This document shows, piece after piece, positions 36,801 to 52,300 of a DNA stretch of 64,000 nucleotides. Source of the stretch: Balanoglossus misakiensis (lineage: Eukaryota; Animalia; Hemichordata); the NCBI GenBank assembly GCA_040954595.2, contig CM082598.2, positions 1,302,001 to 1,366,000 on the forward strand, in the 5' to 3' direction. The notes below the pieces were generated by a model. That model saw only the letters and a program-made list of their open reading frames with translations. It searched no databases and had not been told where the DNA came from. A program made the translations under genes and the position numbers. Numbering within the stretch: position 1 is the first letter of the stretch; the number at the start of each line of letters is the position of its first letter.

Positions 36801-39800
36801 GTGGACTGTAAAGAAAAGTGTTGTATGTCTTTGGAATTTTAAAGAGACTTGTCGCTTAAATACCGCACTTCTGGACATACAGTGAACATAGTATTCACAA
36901 GATTCACAATGGGTATGTTGGGGTTACTGTTGTGTATGTGAACAGAAGAAATATAGAGCAATTAGATTACTTGTTACAAGTATTACTGCTGTATGGTGTG
37001 GCAATGTACATGTAAGGAGCAATATGGTTGGCTGACGGCCAACTAGAAGTCAATGTATGTTGGAGAGAGTATTCAATGACAAGAAAAGAAGAAGTGATTG
37101 TTAGTTTAGGTGAACAATTTTATGTTTTGCTGCAAAGAGATGTGTTACTGTTTAGCTGTCTTGCGTTTTTGGCTTGACAAGTATGTATTCAGTTTACCAT
37201 ACTCTCTGTCTCCAAACTTGTTGTGCTGTTACTCTGGAATGATCCTGGGACATTATCCTGGTCATCTCTGTCATTTTCCACGGAATTCTGTTCAGAATGG
37301 TCAAACTCCTGAAAATCTGAAGCAAACTTGTCAAAAGATTTCTCCTCAAACTCCTCAGGAGACCAATCTTGATCTGAAAAAGTGTGACCGTTATTGTCGT
37401 CATGCTCCATTGGGCAGCTATCTATCCCATCCTCGGTTCTGACTTTCCCGACTAATTCCGTTCCGTCTTTCCTCTCCATGGTTAAATCCCTATTCGTTTC
37501 TGAAATACAATCCCCCTCAACTGATTCCCAGGATTTGGATGTACTGACCGCGGAATGGAAAGTTGCATAGGTGATGTCGGATTCTGGAAGTCCAAGTTGT
37601 TTTCTCAACGCAGTAAAGTTACACTGGCAACAATTGTCTTGGTCCACAACTGTCGTTGAATGCTTCAAATTACAACAACAACATCTGAAACAGAGAAGAA
37701 AGAAGGAACAATTAACTTTACAAATCTTCAGAAAAGAAACTTTGGATCTTAAAAATATACTTCACAGTTACAGCCAATTAATGAGATAATTATGGAATTC
37801 ATATACTATGAAATTAACTCCAGACAAAGTATGCAGTCACCTCAAATTTACATGCCTATATATGATTGAAAGGGCATGTCTAAGGCTTTGAATGACCATG
37901 TGGTTGCACTTTTTTTCATGTGTGCCACCCACTGAAATTCTGTGGTATCATTGGCTAAATATACTTACCGACATGACTGTGCTAATCTGCATAAACCTGT
38001 AGCTTTGTTCATAATCATATACAATGGCCAGCCATATGCCGCTAATGCATACTTAAAGTAATACATAACATCTTTAAATTCAGCTTTTGTCTCCTGGAAA
38101 TCGGAAAGACAGAAAGAGAGAATTTATGAGAGAAGAAAGATGCTGATTGCTACAAAATGGCTGTGTTGAAAAACTGTTGCCCAGCATTGTATGTTGATAA
38201 CCAAAGGCTGAACAAAAAAATATATCCCCCCAGAACAGCAAAAAACAAGACAAAAATGTCAACATTTTTATGACAAACTTACTGGATCATTTAGATTCAA
38301 GTGTTTAGTTTGAGGTGTGATTGGAACTCCTGATAAAAACTGGTAAATATTATTCGACTGGTTTTCTACGATCATTCTCCGTCGTCTCTTCTGCTCTTTT
38401 CTGAGAAGCATGAAGCCAGCGATGATATCCGAAGGAACCACGTCCAACTCGTGAAAAAACTCTGAAAATAACTTTGCTATCTCTGCAAATGAATTCTGTG
38501 AAATAAAATGATGAGAAAATACATAAAACAAGATGTCTTCAAATGTACATAGTGTTTCCATGGTAATCACGATATACACGCAATACAACAAGATGTCTAC
38601 GGATGTATGTAGTGTTTCCATGGTATTCACGACATAGCCCACACAATACAATGTCTTAATATGTACTGTATGTAGGATTTCCAATGTTGATAAAGCGAAA
38701 CTTTCTTGCCGCAAACATTTTCCATTTTACAGTCGTACTCACCTGTTTGGCTTCTCCAACTCCGGCACAGCAGCACAAGAAACGAAACCTTCGATCCCAG
38801 TCAGCTTCATACATTTCTTGTGTTACTCTAAATTAGAAAATACAGAACAATTACTGCGCTGTTCTTTACAATGACATTACGAGATAAACACTTAACCCTT
38901 TCACCCCCATTTCCATCTATTAAGGTCCAAATTTACTACAGCAAACTATGGGTATGGACCAAACCATGATGGTGAAAGGGGTAAAACAGAAACTCCAGAC
39001 CCACCGTGGCAGATAAAAAGACAGACATACGGTGTGTAGACAGTAAGCGACATTGGGGCTCCATAATATGCCTTTCAGTCACAAAAATATATTAGAAAGG
39101 ATATCTTCTGACAAAATGAACATCTTTGATGGATGGGATGAAAGTATGAGGCACACACTTTGATCCTGGTTGCCTTATAATATATTGATCATGTGTGCAA
39201 ATGTAGTACACACCAGTTTACATAGAATAGCAATGAAATAATATGCAGCCGAAGATGAATGTGTTTGACAAGGATTTAGGTGAAGGCTTGACCGTGGACC
39301 ACAGAAATGTAATCTCCAAAATGTGACGTGACACACGTATATTTTTGTGAGTTGCTATTCTTTGGGGGGAAGTGACTATGACAGTTTTAGTAGTCCCACA
39401 GGGATAGGCTATTATTCCCACTTGTGCAAGGGAATGGCTTGCATTGGGAAAGGGAATAAATCACCGGGCAGTGGAATGCTCATCAGATTTTCCATGAATA
39501 ATGCTTCCCACGACGCCTGTGTGATACATAAGTAATAAATTGTCTAATGCGACATGACAGGCTTGCTTTCTGAGATATAATCAGGACTACATGTAATGAT
39601 GTATGCATAAAAATGATTGCCTTGTGCTGCAGCAGAACAGAATTGCTAAGAATCTGGAGTCTAGCCCTCAAGCAACATTGTCATACTGCTGTTTTTAGCT
39701 TGTGTGTTCTCCCGCGTGAGTTTATGTTATACTGATGTCTGTATGTCTGTCGATCTGCCTGTCGTTGACCATAATTACCATATACAGTTAAACCTGTCTA

Positions 39801-40310
39801 AACTGAACACCAAAGGGTCTGAAGAAATTGTTTGGTTAGCAGAGGTGTTCGGTTTATGGAGGTTCTGTTATCATGTGGTTCAATGTCCAACCTTACCACA
39901 GAAAACAACGGGTTTGGACTGAACCTCAGTGGTGAAAGGGTTAAGACAGTTTCAATATGCGAGTCTTACTTTGCCCTGCTTTGACGCCGCTCCACCCTAC
40001 TTTTTGATCTTTTCATGGCTTCTTGTTTCTTGGAGGCTTTTAGCTTGACCCAACTCCTGCCCGCTCTGTCAAACGTGCACCAGACAATGGCCAATAAAGC
40101 AATCATTACAACCCAGTTACACACAACAACACCTGCAGAAAGACAAGGAGATAGAGATCGCTTTATGACCAGCTTACAGAATTGCTAAAGACATTTTATA
40201 GTTCTTAGAGGGGAACACAATCTGTTTGTATCTCAATATGTTTTCTGATATATGCGCAAAATTTCAGCTCGACCCAAATTAAATATCAGCACTTTCAATC
40301 AATTAATCAG

Positions 40311-40341
<31 letters not shown>

Positions 40342-43300
40342 GAAGGACTTATAGAGCGCCAAACTCCACTGCAATAGTGTTCAATAATCACCTCCATTTC
40401 ATCAAGCAGGGACTACATCTGTCATCTTGAAATTCAAGTTGATTTTGCTTGCTTTGATCCAAACCCATGGATATTAATGATGACTCACCTAATACAGTTC
40501 CCTTTGCCATACCTGCTGGACAAAGGTTATAGTGATTGGCCACCCAGACAACCCCTAGGATTAACCATACGAGTTCTACCAGTAACACGGCTGAAATAGG
40601 AATATTTGGGGGAAAAAGCAGCTTAAGTTAATATGTATCATCTGTCGATCAGTATATTTGACATAACAGTTACTTTAAGCATTGGTTCACTTGTAGTTAT
40701 ATTACTGTATTTTATACAATCATGTACAGGCATATTGACTCACTCAGTCACTCACTCACTCACTCACTCTATATATCTGTCTGTGTCTGACTTCACCAAA
40801 TATTGCTATTTCAACATGTGAACTTTTACAGCGATACTGCTAGTTATGAAATTCTCACACAGAATACAAAATGAATACCGACCAATTTTTTTCTGGATGA
40901 ATTTTAGATAAAACAGAATCACTGCAACTTACCAAGCCTGACATATAAAATATACTCCATGTATTCTCTGGGTCTTGTGTAAAGTATGGTTCCTCGAAGA
41001 CTGAACCAGCAAATCAACGCTTCCAGGATAATGCAAGCACACAGAATGACAATGTAGCCCAGCACATGGTCATGGAGGTCTTGAGTACACACATACGTCA
41101 TGTCATAGTCCACCACATTCATTACAATGGACAAGATAATCAGCCTGAAAAATCAAGAGTAATATTTGTCAATCAATCAATCAATCAATCAATCAAATCT
41201 CAACATTTTATATCAATAGTAGTATGATGTAAGCAAGAAAACTCAAATTAAACCACAGTTTTCTTGGTTCTTTTTTGTGTCCGGTTTAGAGTCAAGACTT
41301 TTTTCTGTCCTACGGTCTGAAATCAAAACGATTGCATTATTACCCAGACCAGATATGTTTTGTTATCGCAATATTATATCTAATATGGCCTTTTGTATCT
41401 ACAGTCAGATCAATTTTCCAAGTTTGCATTTCTTATGTTTCTCTCTTATTTTGATCAAGCGATAAGAACTGAAATGGCTTTGCAGAAAAAAGCTTTTAAA
41501 AACCATGATTTGGCCTTGTGGTTACCATGAGTTATTTGAACAAATAGACAGAATTTTGAGACTTTGTGACAAATGACATTTTTAGAAGAGAAAACGAGCA
41601 TTTGACGAAATCCTCAGAAAAAAATATTCAATGCCTTCAGTAGATGTTCCACAGTTTTGTCTTTGTATCAAACGCAACTTCTTGTTTAATGTTTGATCTT
41701 CAGAAAATAAATTGAGGTTGGCCCAAAAAGTCAAAAGCAGCTTGCAGACTGCTTTTAGCAATTTCCTCTGACAATGAACACATGTTCTTCAAGAAGGACT
41801 GCAGTGTGGGAATAAATTAATTTCCAGGGTACACTTGTACCATCTATAGTTCCTGCAAATTGAAAGCTGCACCTGGCTGTGTGACTGTGTCGTGTTCACA
41901 CAGGAAGTCATCACGTTTGCATTCTTATAATTTCCCTGGGGATTGCACTGACCTCCTCCTACATTCAGCCACACAGAATAAAATATGTTTCTCAAACAGA
42001 ACATTTCCAAAGACACCTATCATGTTTCGGAGCGATAAACAACTGATTTCATACCACGTACTTTCAACGTTTACAATTACAATTATGAGCATAAATTTTC
42101 CAAATGCAATAACTGTCTGAATCAAGAGAGAGTGACTCAGCCATTGTTTCAATAAATCTGAGTCCCCTGGACAATAAAATGTCCCTCTGCCCGCATCAGA
42201 AATGTAAATCATCTGTGAGTAACTCAACCATCAGAGTATATTAGATTATTCAGATGGAGCTTTTGAATAATCCATGATGGTGCTTATTTCAGAGGTCTGA
42301 GATCATGACTGGTGTACTGGGGCTGTTATTCAGAGATGTTGATTGAGTTGAACAGCAAATGGTACAATTTGTGGATTTTAAACTTTTGGTTCACTGTACA
42401 GTTTGTGAGAGTTCTCGTAAAAAGCCTGCTGAAATGCCCATTTGGTCACTTCCCAACAGTCTCTGTGTGCTAATTAATGTGCCTTGCTCTTCAAATGATG
42501 ATTAAAATACTACAGATGCTTAATTACATGTCTTGTAAGTCATTAAAATTTAAATTACAGTTAGTGTCTCAGTACCTCCGCTATTAAAAAATTGATGGGG
42601 GAAGGAAACATGAATTATTACTCATTATTTCTGTTCTCAGACTTCAGACATTTTTTTTGGCTGATACGGATCTTTAATCATTTTACTGGAATTCCCTCTA
42701 GCTCTTCTGAACAACAGACTATCCCATTCATCATACCATATCACTAAATAAACTCATCATTATCTCAGTTTCTATTCACATTCATTAACTTGCCAATTAC
42801 ACAGTGGTTGAGATAAGACCCAAAAATCGCTGGACAATTTAATTTTTTTTGACTGATTTTCCCCTAAATATATACACACTGATATTCCTAATTGAATCAT
42901 TTCAAAGATTCTGATGGCTGATAATTTTACTAATTTCATCTTTCAAGTTTTGTAGCCCAGAGCTGACCCAGATCTGTAGTGTACATACAGCTGCATTTAC
43001 TGGTGTCTACACATTCACAGTGTTACATGTACAGTTACAGAAACCATATGGTGTTTCCATCATAAACAACATAGACATCATTAGGAATCACAAATATCGC
43101 TGATTAAAGACGAGTGCCTTTCACCACCATGGTTCAGTCCAAATTCATTGTTTCATATGTTAAGGTTGGACCTCTAAAGAGGGAACTAGGGGTGAAAGGG
43201 TCAAATCACATCACTCATCTCTGCATTGACAATTGCAGTTTACGAGTCACATCTCAGTAATGTACAGCATGCCAATTTAACAGTCACATCTGCCTCACAG

Positions 43301-46300
43301 CAATCAGCATAACCAGTGGCCATGTCAGTGACATCTAACAACTTTCCCCGCACAACTTGTTATCTTTCGCCTGAGAGCACTGCAAGACCTCTGCATGCAT
43401 TCCAGTCACATATTCCTTCAGCATATTCCGGCGTTTCCTTACCAGAAATATCCCATTTACACTTTGTGATTTGGGAATTCTACAGGAATAAATTACTAAC
43501 AGCCCCCACTGCCTGACAAAGTGACTTCTCCCTGACTATTACCTTGCGACCCCAAAACACTAATAAATGTTAACAAGTCTAGGAAGTATCATGAGAACCT
43601 GGACTTCTTTCATGAATGTGAAAATTAGATGTTATTGACAACGACAAAACATTTTACAAATGAGCCAGTGGCACTAGTCACATGACAAGACCAAATCGCC
43701 ATGGATACAATATAATCAGAAAGAAAGATTCTCTCCATCACAATTAATATTGTCAGCCAACATAGTATATAGTACTTCATAAAAACCTGACCTTCCCATC
43801 ATGCATTTCAAGGTCTCTCGCGCCCACGCACGGTGCGATAATGTAGCACATCAGGAACGTGACTGGCGTTTTGAACGACTGGATGTGAGAATTGAGTCTA
43901 CTGATAAAATTCATATTACAAGACACAATGAAATGGTTGATCGAATTCGACCTTGCTGATAATGTCTTCCTCACACTGGCAAATTGCTCAACTGCTGAAG
44001 GGCTTAATAGAGGACTGAACAGCAAATGCAAAACCTGTGATGCACATCTTTGTGCCACAAAATAGACAAGTGTACTTTCCACTCATAAAATTACCAGGCA
44101 GAACTCCTGATTTCTACACAGACTGCATCTCATGAGTAAACAGAAAAATATAGCAGAAACTGGAAAAACATTAAATTAAAAAGACGTCAAGTCCCAAATT
44201 AACCCTCTGATCTGGGCTCAGTAGAAAACATCTGGATTGCATCATACATAAGTCACCTGGGAGTGGGGGAGAGTTGTCAGGATTTATTTAAATCTGAGTT
44301 CCCCTGTGTTTATTCTATATTGATTGATTGATTGATTGATTGATTTAATTAATTATTTATTATTATTTTCTCATCTGTATACTTGTGCAGAATTCTGCTT
44401 GGCCGTTCTCGAGTAGAAGTGTAGTAGAACACACCATTCTCAACAAGGCCTTCATTTCACTTTCCATTCTGTTGGAATCTATCTTTATTTCAGTCATGAC
44501 TTCTGATTGATCCAAGCGCTCTCGTTTTATCTTCATGCATTCAATTAACACTTGTTATCCCGACTGACGCCACCAGCCAAGTGTTCTTCCTATTAGCATG
44601 TCTGAGCGGCTTGTGTGAATTCCTTTGCTAGTATCTGTATCAATGTGAGTTGTGTAACACTAACAGTGAGCTAGTGTAATTGTGTATTCTATGGGTATTC
44701 CCTCGCTCATATATCTGCAGGGCAATATGTACTTTACAAATGGTGGATTGTGCAAATTTCGCCGCCATTATGTACGACAAGATGGCCACACACAAAAAAG
44801 CATAACGTATCCATTCACTAAATGTTTCACCAAAGTTGACGTCACCGTGATCGACACACAGTGAACTTTGCTATACAATTCTTCTAAACTGACATATTTC
44901 TGCAGTATAGAACTTCCCAATATAGTTGTCTATTTTTGCCAAATTCCAGCTTGTGAGGTTTTAGGCACTGCAGGGTTTCAAGTGTCTGTCATCATATTTA
45001 GCAATAGAACTAACACATATTTTGTTGTTCTTTAGCTCCCATTTGATATACAAGAGGAAGCTTATACTGGATCAGCGCCTGTCCATCAATGTGTCTTATC
45101 TGTCTGTCTGTTTTTGCATGCATGCCTGCTTGTTGTAGTTTTTTTAAATTTAATCAATGCACTTCATGTTCAAGGCATGCCAAGCTTTTGCTTCCTTGCA
45201 CAGAGTATATGCAAATGTCTATGATGTTTATCTACAGTACAGATCAAGTATTCTTTTCCAATTAACTAATACTGGGTTAACAATAGGTTTGCCCAGTGTT
45301 AGCTAATTGCCCCTATTATTTGTGCAGCCTGTCTCATATAGTATAGAATGATTCTCCTGATAGTACACTCTACCAGCATTGTACAGACCCTTGCAAAGTC
45401 ACATTTCAATGATGAGTCACAGTTTTGGCCAAGTTGCAGGTAACCATGCACTATAATTGAGTCGACGATAGCTCTAGGTCACCAAGTTGTGCCATCGATA
45501 ATTCAGTCTGTAGTAAGTGTCTTCTGTATTCGATTACGAGTCTCTCTTCTACAGAAAGACAAATTTAACTGCACATTCAAGTGAAGCAAATCCTTGGAGA
45601 ACAGCACAAACAAGATGTCCATTAGCTCACACTCCACCTGTTCAGTCAGTAGTCATGGTTACTGCATAATTAAAGAGACAGTAGCTGTAAATGTTAGCAG
45701 ATTTTTTACTGTTTTCAATTTGTCCGTAATCAAGTACTTTTTCTCGTTCTACTCTGTACACCATAAATATGTCCAGGATAATCAGCTTGTAAGCACTGTA
45801 CTGTACGTATGGTATACTAGGTACCTGTATGTGGCATGACCATATTACTGTACGCTGATAAATGAATTCAACTCTGGATGGCATAATACAGCCACATGTT
45901 CACCCCTGTCAAATAGTTGTCTGACCCTTACGACAACAGAAAACAGACAACTGCCATCATTATTCGTGCATCACGTGGGGTGAGAGAGGTTAAAGTTATT
46001 AAACAGTGGGGTGGATATATGCCTTTCTGGTTGAAACCATGATTACAATTTCTTAACTGCCTGAGTTCAAAGATCATTCCATTTTGCTTTTCATGCACAG
46101 TAGCTGGTTAATTCCGGTGACATTTACACTGCATTCCAGTTGCATGATTTGGTGCAGGCACTTAAAATTCCACTTCACTTTTCCCAGGACTTTTCCAGCC
46201 ATGGAAAGTTGAATCAGTAAACACCATATTTTTTTAACCAATAAAATCTGTATATTTTCATCAGTATATTTCTCATGTAGTCAGCCTGGTTTGTAAGTAG

Positions 46301-49300
46301 AGCATTCATTGAATTAAACGCAGTCAATTAAGTTTTAATTGAGTTTAAACAATGATATACCTACTTAATTGCTATCAAGGCAACTGACAGTGATGCACAC
46401 ATAAACACATTACATTCATTAACTGTCTTATTAGACTGGTTAAAATTTAACGAGTTGCTCATATAATCCTGGGATAATTATCTTGATTACAACACTTTTA
46501 ATTGCAATCTAATATTCATTGTTTTAAACAATTTAGCAGAAATCACATTCATACTTCCCTTGACCTTGTCAAACTCGAGTACCCATCTATGGTATGTCAG
46601 GCTTTTCATTATGAGTTTGTAAATTCATAGATTTTTCTCAAACTTGTTTCAGGTTTGACACAGGTCTCTCTGGGTGAGATGAGGCTAGCCTAAACAGGTG
46701 ATCATTATTAACCAATGGGAACTTAGCTCATTAACACTAAATTATGAATATATGTGTATAAATTTTGTGGCCACGACAACTCTCCCACACAAAAGCTGAG
46801 TGTCCTGTGTATAGTTGCAGACTAGAAGTGATCCTCATATTTCAGTTATATGGAATTTGATAACATGTACTTTCACTTGAAGGGAGACTAAAAATCCACA
46901 AAATAAAGAAATGACAAAACTTCCAACTTTAATTCACCAATTGCAGAGCCTTGCAACAGATATCACGACTATACATGTGCAGAATCAAGAACCACTTTTC
47001 ACAGATATCACGACCGAGTCCGTCATGAACCAAAGCATAGTACGAAAATAGCAGACGTGGTCTTTTCTACGAGCAGCATGAGAAATCCCGCACACAAAAT
47101 GAAAACTCATGTCTTCAGAGAAGAGGAACTAAATAGATCCCTTCAAGGCTCTCTTCATATTACAATTCATATTTCTCACTTTATCATGCGATGGTGATTT
47201 ATAATAATCATTGCAAGCTCTCTCGGAATGTCTAGACGCCGTCTTTTCAGTCAAACACGCACAACTATAGTTCCATCCCAAAAAGCCGCAGAAACTGAAT
47301 CTTCAAAGCAAATGCAAGAATGTAAAGTCACTCATTTCAGTATCTTGTTAGAAAATCTGCAGCAAATAGCAAACTCGTAATGATTTGCATCATTCAAGCA
47401 AATACCAAACACTCTCACTATTCATTAGACGACAGCAGTGTTTATTAGTACAGAAAATTGCCCATTTAGTGCAAATACAAAATTCTAAAAACCTATGAAT
47501 AGTTACAATCAAAGGAAGCCATTCACTTTAATGCATTTTACCGGTTGACAGTTTGTCATTAAAGATTCCTGCATAAAAGCACAATCGTGTTTCATTTGAC
47601 TAAATTGTTTTGCTGAGTTACTTCAAACGACTGTAATTTACACTGATGATACTTTCACAGAAAAAGGTTACAATCACGCTGACGGAATGGGAAAATAAAG
47701 ACAACCAAAGTAGCTCAACTATATCAAGTCAAGATTTTACAGGCAACAATCGATATATTTACACGTTAAGTTTCTGAAATTCTGCACCTTAATGCAGGAT
47801 TTCAGAAAATATATCAACTTGAAAGGTTTACCATCACTGATTTACACCCAGCGGAGATAGCCTACATTGGACAATGCAATTACAGTCTATAAAATATGAA
47901 TACTGTCAGTTGCAGTTAGCATGGTTAGAGAGATTTTCATGCAGGACCATTACTGGTTGACTTTTGACCTGCAAATAAATCTATTTCAATGTATTTTCAA
48001 TCATAATGCGCTACATTGACAATTGAAAATGTTTTGAATATCACAGGACACAAAATACACAAATTATTTATCCATCTTTACTGTAACTGCTGTGGAGTCA
48101 CTCATATTCTGGCTGGCCTCCGGGATTTGAGAATAAAGTATGTGGTATTTTCTATGGTATGTATGAATATCATTGATCTGGGGTATTGAAAATATCCTCA
48201 CAGCTGCAACAGATCTAGCCCGGCTCGTACTTTTCCTGATATTTTCTGATTTTGTTAATAACGAATAAATTATGGTCTTTGATGAAATATAAATCAGATT
48301 AAGTGAGTCCCTATTGATTTAGAAGTAGGCCAATATCGATTTTTAAGAGATAGAAATTTTAGTGTCTTGGGCACTGTCAATATCATTGTGTCTCGAATCT
48401 CAGTGAGTCTCACATTATCTTGACCTGGGATTTTTTCAACATAATGTAGAAAATATTATATTCTCTCCCCCCCCCCCCCCCCCCCCCCCAGGTTCTCCAG
48501 ACAAAACACAGCAATGGTCTAACAGTGCCCTGTTAAATATAACACTGGCCGAACATGACACACTATGAACATCATGATACTTATTCTATTTATAAACTGA
48601 CGTAAAAATATCTAATGACACTGACATAAGGCTCACATTTAGCTTCAACTCTGCGTAACTAGCGGTTACCGTTCATAGTACACAGATGGTTGACAATTTA
48701 TCTTTTCCACAAATCAATCAAAATAATTCCCAGATGTGTTCATCATCGGTTAAAATTAGAGTCTTTTGCTACCCACGATAGAAATCATTTAATGCAGTAT
48801 ATCCAACATTGACACAAATAATTTTATCTTTCTGGGTAGGAAATGTTAGATAGCTGCAAAACCCTTAAAATTCCATTAGCCACTCAAATATTGAATCATG
48901 TCAACAAACATATGGGTATATCGACCATCACTGATATCACCACCAGCCTTGGAAAGTAATAACATCTTCGGGTCAATAATATGTAAGCATGCACACTCCA
49001 TGAAGTTGTCATACACTTTCATTTAACATATATCACACTTAATATTCAAGAAGGGGGTAACAGTTCACTGACCCCAGGTAATTCATGACCTTGATAAATA
49101 ATTTAATATCTCCTCAACCACAAGCTCACTCGCTCTCCATTACATCAACTTTTCAGTTGAGATGTCATAGCTTCCGTAGATATCTTCCTTGCCTTATAGA
49201 ATTACAATATCCCGTTCCATCAAATAAATATAGTGATTAGATGGGAGGAGCTTGTGCAGTATATAAGTATGCCATACACAGTTCCTTATTTTTTATTTTT

Positions 49301-52300
49301 CTGGAATCTTTCCTGTTTATGTCTGATTTGTAAGAAATAAAGGGTAGGGAAAATTCATATTCATTTACTGTTAATATAAGTACAGTGAAAAACATGTACT
49401 GTACATTGCAAAATAATTTCTTCCCTGGCTGATGTACATTGCACATTAAAGCCCCAGTATTTCTCGTGTGCATCCATTTTTCATCATCGAAAAAAGCCCG
49501 TTTTTCCAGTACATCCATCATGGAATACTATATAATGAAGATGTAAGAAAGGTTTGGGCAATTGTAGCTACATGCAAGCCGAAAATATCGCCCGTAACAC
49601 TTGAAATGATGCGCGGGTTTGTTTACAACGGAAATGTTGTACATGTCGATCAGCAAACGTGCCACTTTGACATTTTGATGGTCAGACCATTTTCGGATTT
49701 GATCTGGTTCCATCGACTGATTTCTCCCATAAAGTTATCTTCCCAAAATTTCGCCGAATTAGTGCGCATTTCTTCGCTGAGTCGCTTGATTTGGGGCGAC
49801 CAAACCTCTTCCGCATAGATTCACATTTGAGTGCGCATGCGCACTAGTCACGTGTGTCAACATTAGCCTGACTCACGTGACTTTCTGTCCGGACAGAAAG
49901 TCATTCTTCACTCGTTATATTGTAAATTGTATGAGTTTATGAGCAGAGCTGGGGATGATGACTGTTCGATTCAGTATCAATTATCATCTACTTTTAGAAA
50001 TTATAGATGCCGTTTCAAACAAAATTTTGCCCCTACGAGAAATACTGTGGCTTTAACATTTTCACTTGATTACTTAGTCTGGTCTCATGCAACAATAAAG
50101 ATACACACAATAAAAATCTTTCTGTGGTTAGTGGTTGGTGACAGTATTGCCAACGACTGGAATTGTGGATGGCACTTTTTGTGTTTTAGAAAATAATCCA
50201 GCAATTAACTGACTTTAAAACCCTCAATGATTGATTATAAACATATGATAAAAATATTTTTGCAGAAATCTATCTTTCCATATCAGCAACTAGTCCTAAA
50301 ATTTACCAGAAATACAAATAAATTAGGTTGCATCATGGTACCAATATTATGCAAATGTCACGCATAAATTGTGATGTCATTCTACACATGTTGATGATGC
50401 AATGGAGTCCATGTTTATTTCTTTTGACATGCAAAATGTAAACAAACTTTCTGCTGCAGAAAATATGTGGATGTAACACCAGAGTATTCTATTTTGGAAC
50501 CATACATGTAAGTAAACTACAAGTCTTTGCATTTTTTGTAATTTTTACTACATGCTGTAGTAATTATGGCTGATTATCTTGACTTTGGAGTTGACCATAG
50601 ATGTCAAGCCTTCACTGCATGTCTTTACATAGTAACACTACAGTTATGATTTGGGTAGGCCCTTGACCAAGCATGGGCTCAAACCAGACAAAATAGGTAC
50701 ATATTTACAAAAGCTGAGCTGCAATGTTTGTGCATGTTGACCCCTGGTATTAACTTGGTGACCTTTGTGACCTTGAGCACTATGCAGGAAAACTATCCTT
50801 CATTAGGGACAAGTTAATATACACACGCAAGAAAATTGATTCACATATACATTAGCAGAGGCGCGAACCACCCACTATTTTTCTATCCATGACCTTTGAC
50901 CTTGACACCTTAGTGTGAGAGACCCAGCAGATGATATTAAAGAAAAAATCGGAAATAATTACGAATGACAAATGATTTATAAATGCATCTACATTAATAT
51001 GTTATCATGGCCATTTATCATCGATATGAAATTGATATTCATTTGTTTATATCACTGGTGAATTAATAGTGAATATTACTGGGGGCCGTTATATTGCAGT
51101 GGTATTACTAATAGTAATACCAGCTGCCTGGAAATATACAGTGTAGTGGTTTTCTGAGCGATGATGTCATATTGCTGGTGTTTATATGACTGCTCATTAT
51201 GATGCCTACTCTATTTTCTTTGCCTATCGCATGATTAGATCCGTCATTAAACATTCCATCCATCATTCCCTAGTGAATAGACCAGGATTCTACTTTAGTT
51301 AATAAGTAACATTATCAAATCGTGCCCGCCAATTTTCAAACAAAATACTTGCCAATCACCCAGATATTCATCCGAGACATGCAAAATAATACATATTCAG
51401 GTCAATTTGTATTTTTAATCTTTTCCCACTCAGTAATTCCGCAAATTTATGAATAAATAATGTTCTGTAATAGATGGCAGGTGTACTACAAAGCTGAGAG
51501 ATTTTCTCAATGAGACCTGTTTTGGTTTTAGAGTTCAGTTCCACATTTCAAAATCTGTCTCTCCCCTCTTTCAAAACATTATTGGAATATTCTCATTTTA
51601 GATCAGCATATTCCACTGTAAAATAGGGGAGTTTCCGCAGCATACTGTAACAAGACACATAAATCAATAATTTGACTTAAAATAACAAAACAAAAAGATT
51701 TAAAGCATTTCTGTATATCAAAATCTATTATTGCTATTACTATTATAATTTGAAAAAAGTAAAATTTAACAACTTCCCACTGTCTATATATCAACCTTTT
51801 AATTTCACATAAATAACTAGCCTTTACAGAGATAGCTCAGGCTGCATACATACACAATATTCATTACAGCAGTTATCCAGTAGAAGATAGAATGCCTTTC
51901 CAGGAATACCTTAAATTAAGCTAATTATCACAGATATATAAAGACTAATCATTATTGGTTTGTTAAACTGATGAGGTTCGAAAACGTACTTGCAAAGTAA
52001 TTTTACATCAACAGATCTGAGATGTTCTAATGAATTGTTCATCATTTATATGTGATGTCGCTAAGTGGAATGAAATTGAAAGGTATAAACTGATATTAAG
52101 TAAGTGGGCTGGAGCTTTGCTATTTTTAACAAGAGTGATAATTGATCTTCCCGTTTTTTAACTGTCAGTAAGTTTACATATCACTTTTGATAATGTCCTG
52201 TTAATGTATTCATTAATAGGATTGATTGAATGCAATTGTATGAGACAACTGTCCTTTGCGAGGCCCTTCGGGGGTGTATCTAGCGCCACTGAAACCGACA

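Noticed and set aside
38521-38690. CRISPR-like repeat array
   Set aside because: Eukaryotic intron; tandem units without unique spacers; no cas genes.
38268-38714. Repetitive N-terminal extension of this ORF (METLHT/METLCT repeats) as protein
   Set aside because: It derives from a 60-bp intronic minisatellite upstream of the true acceptor at 38495.
49237-49818. Nested protein-coding gene in DAGLA intron 1 (61-116 aa ORFs)
   Set aside because: No recognisable domain and no consistent splice signals linking the ORFs.
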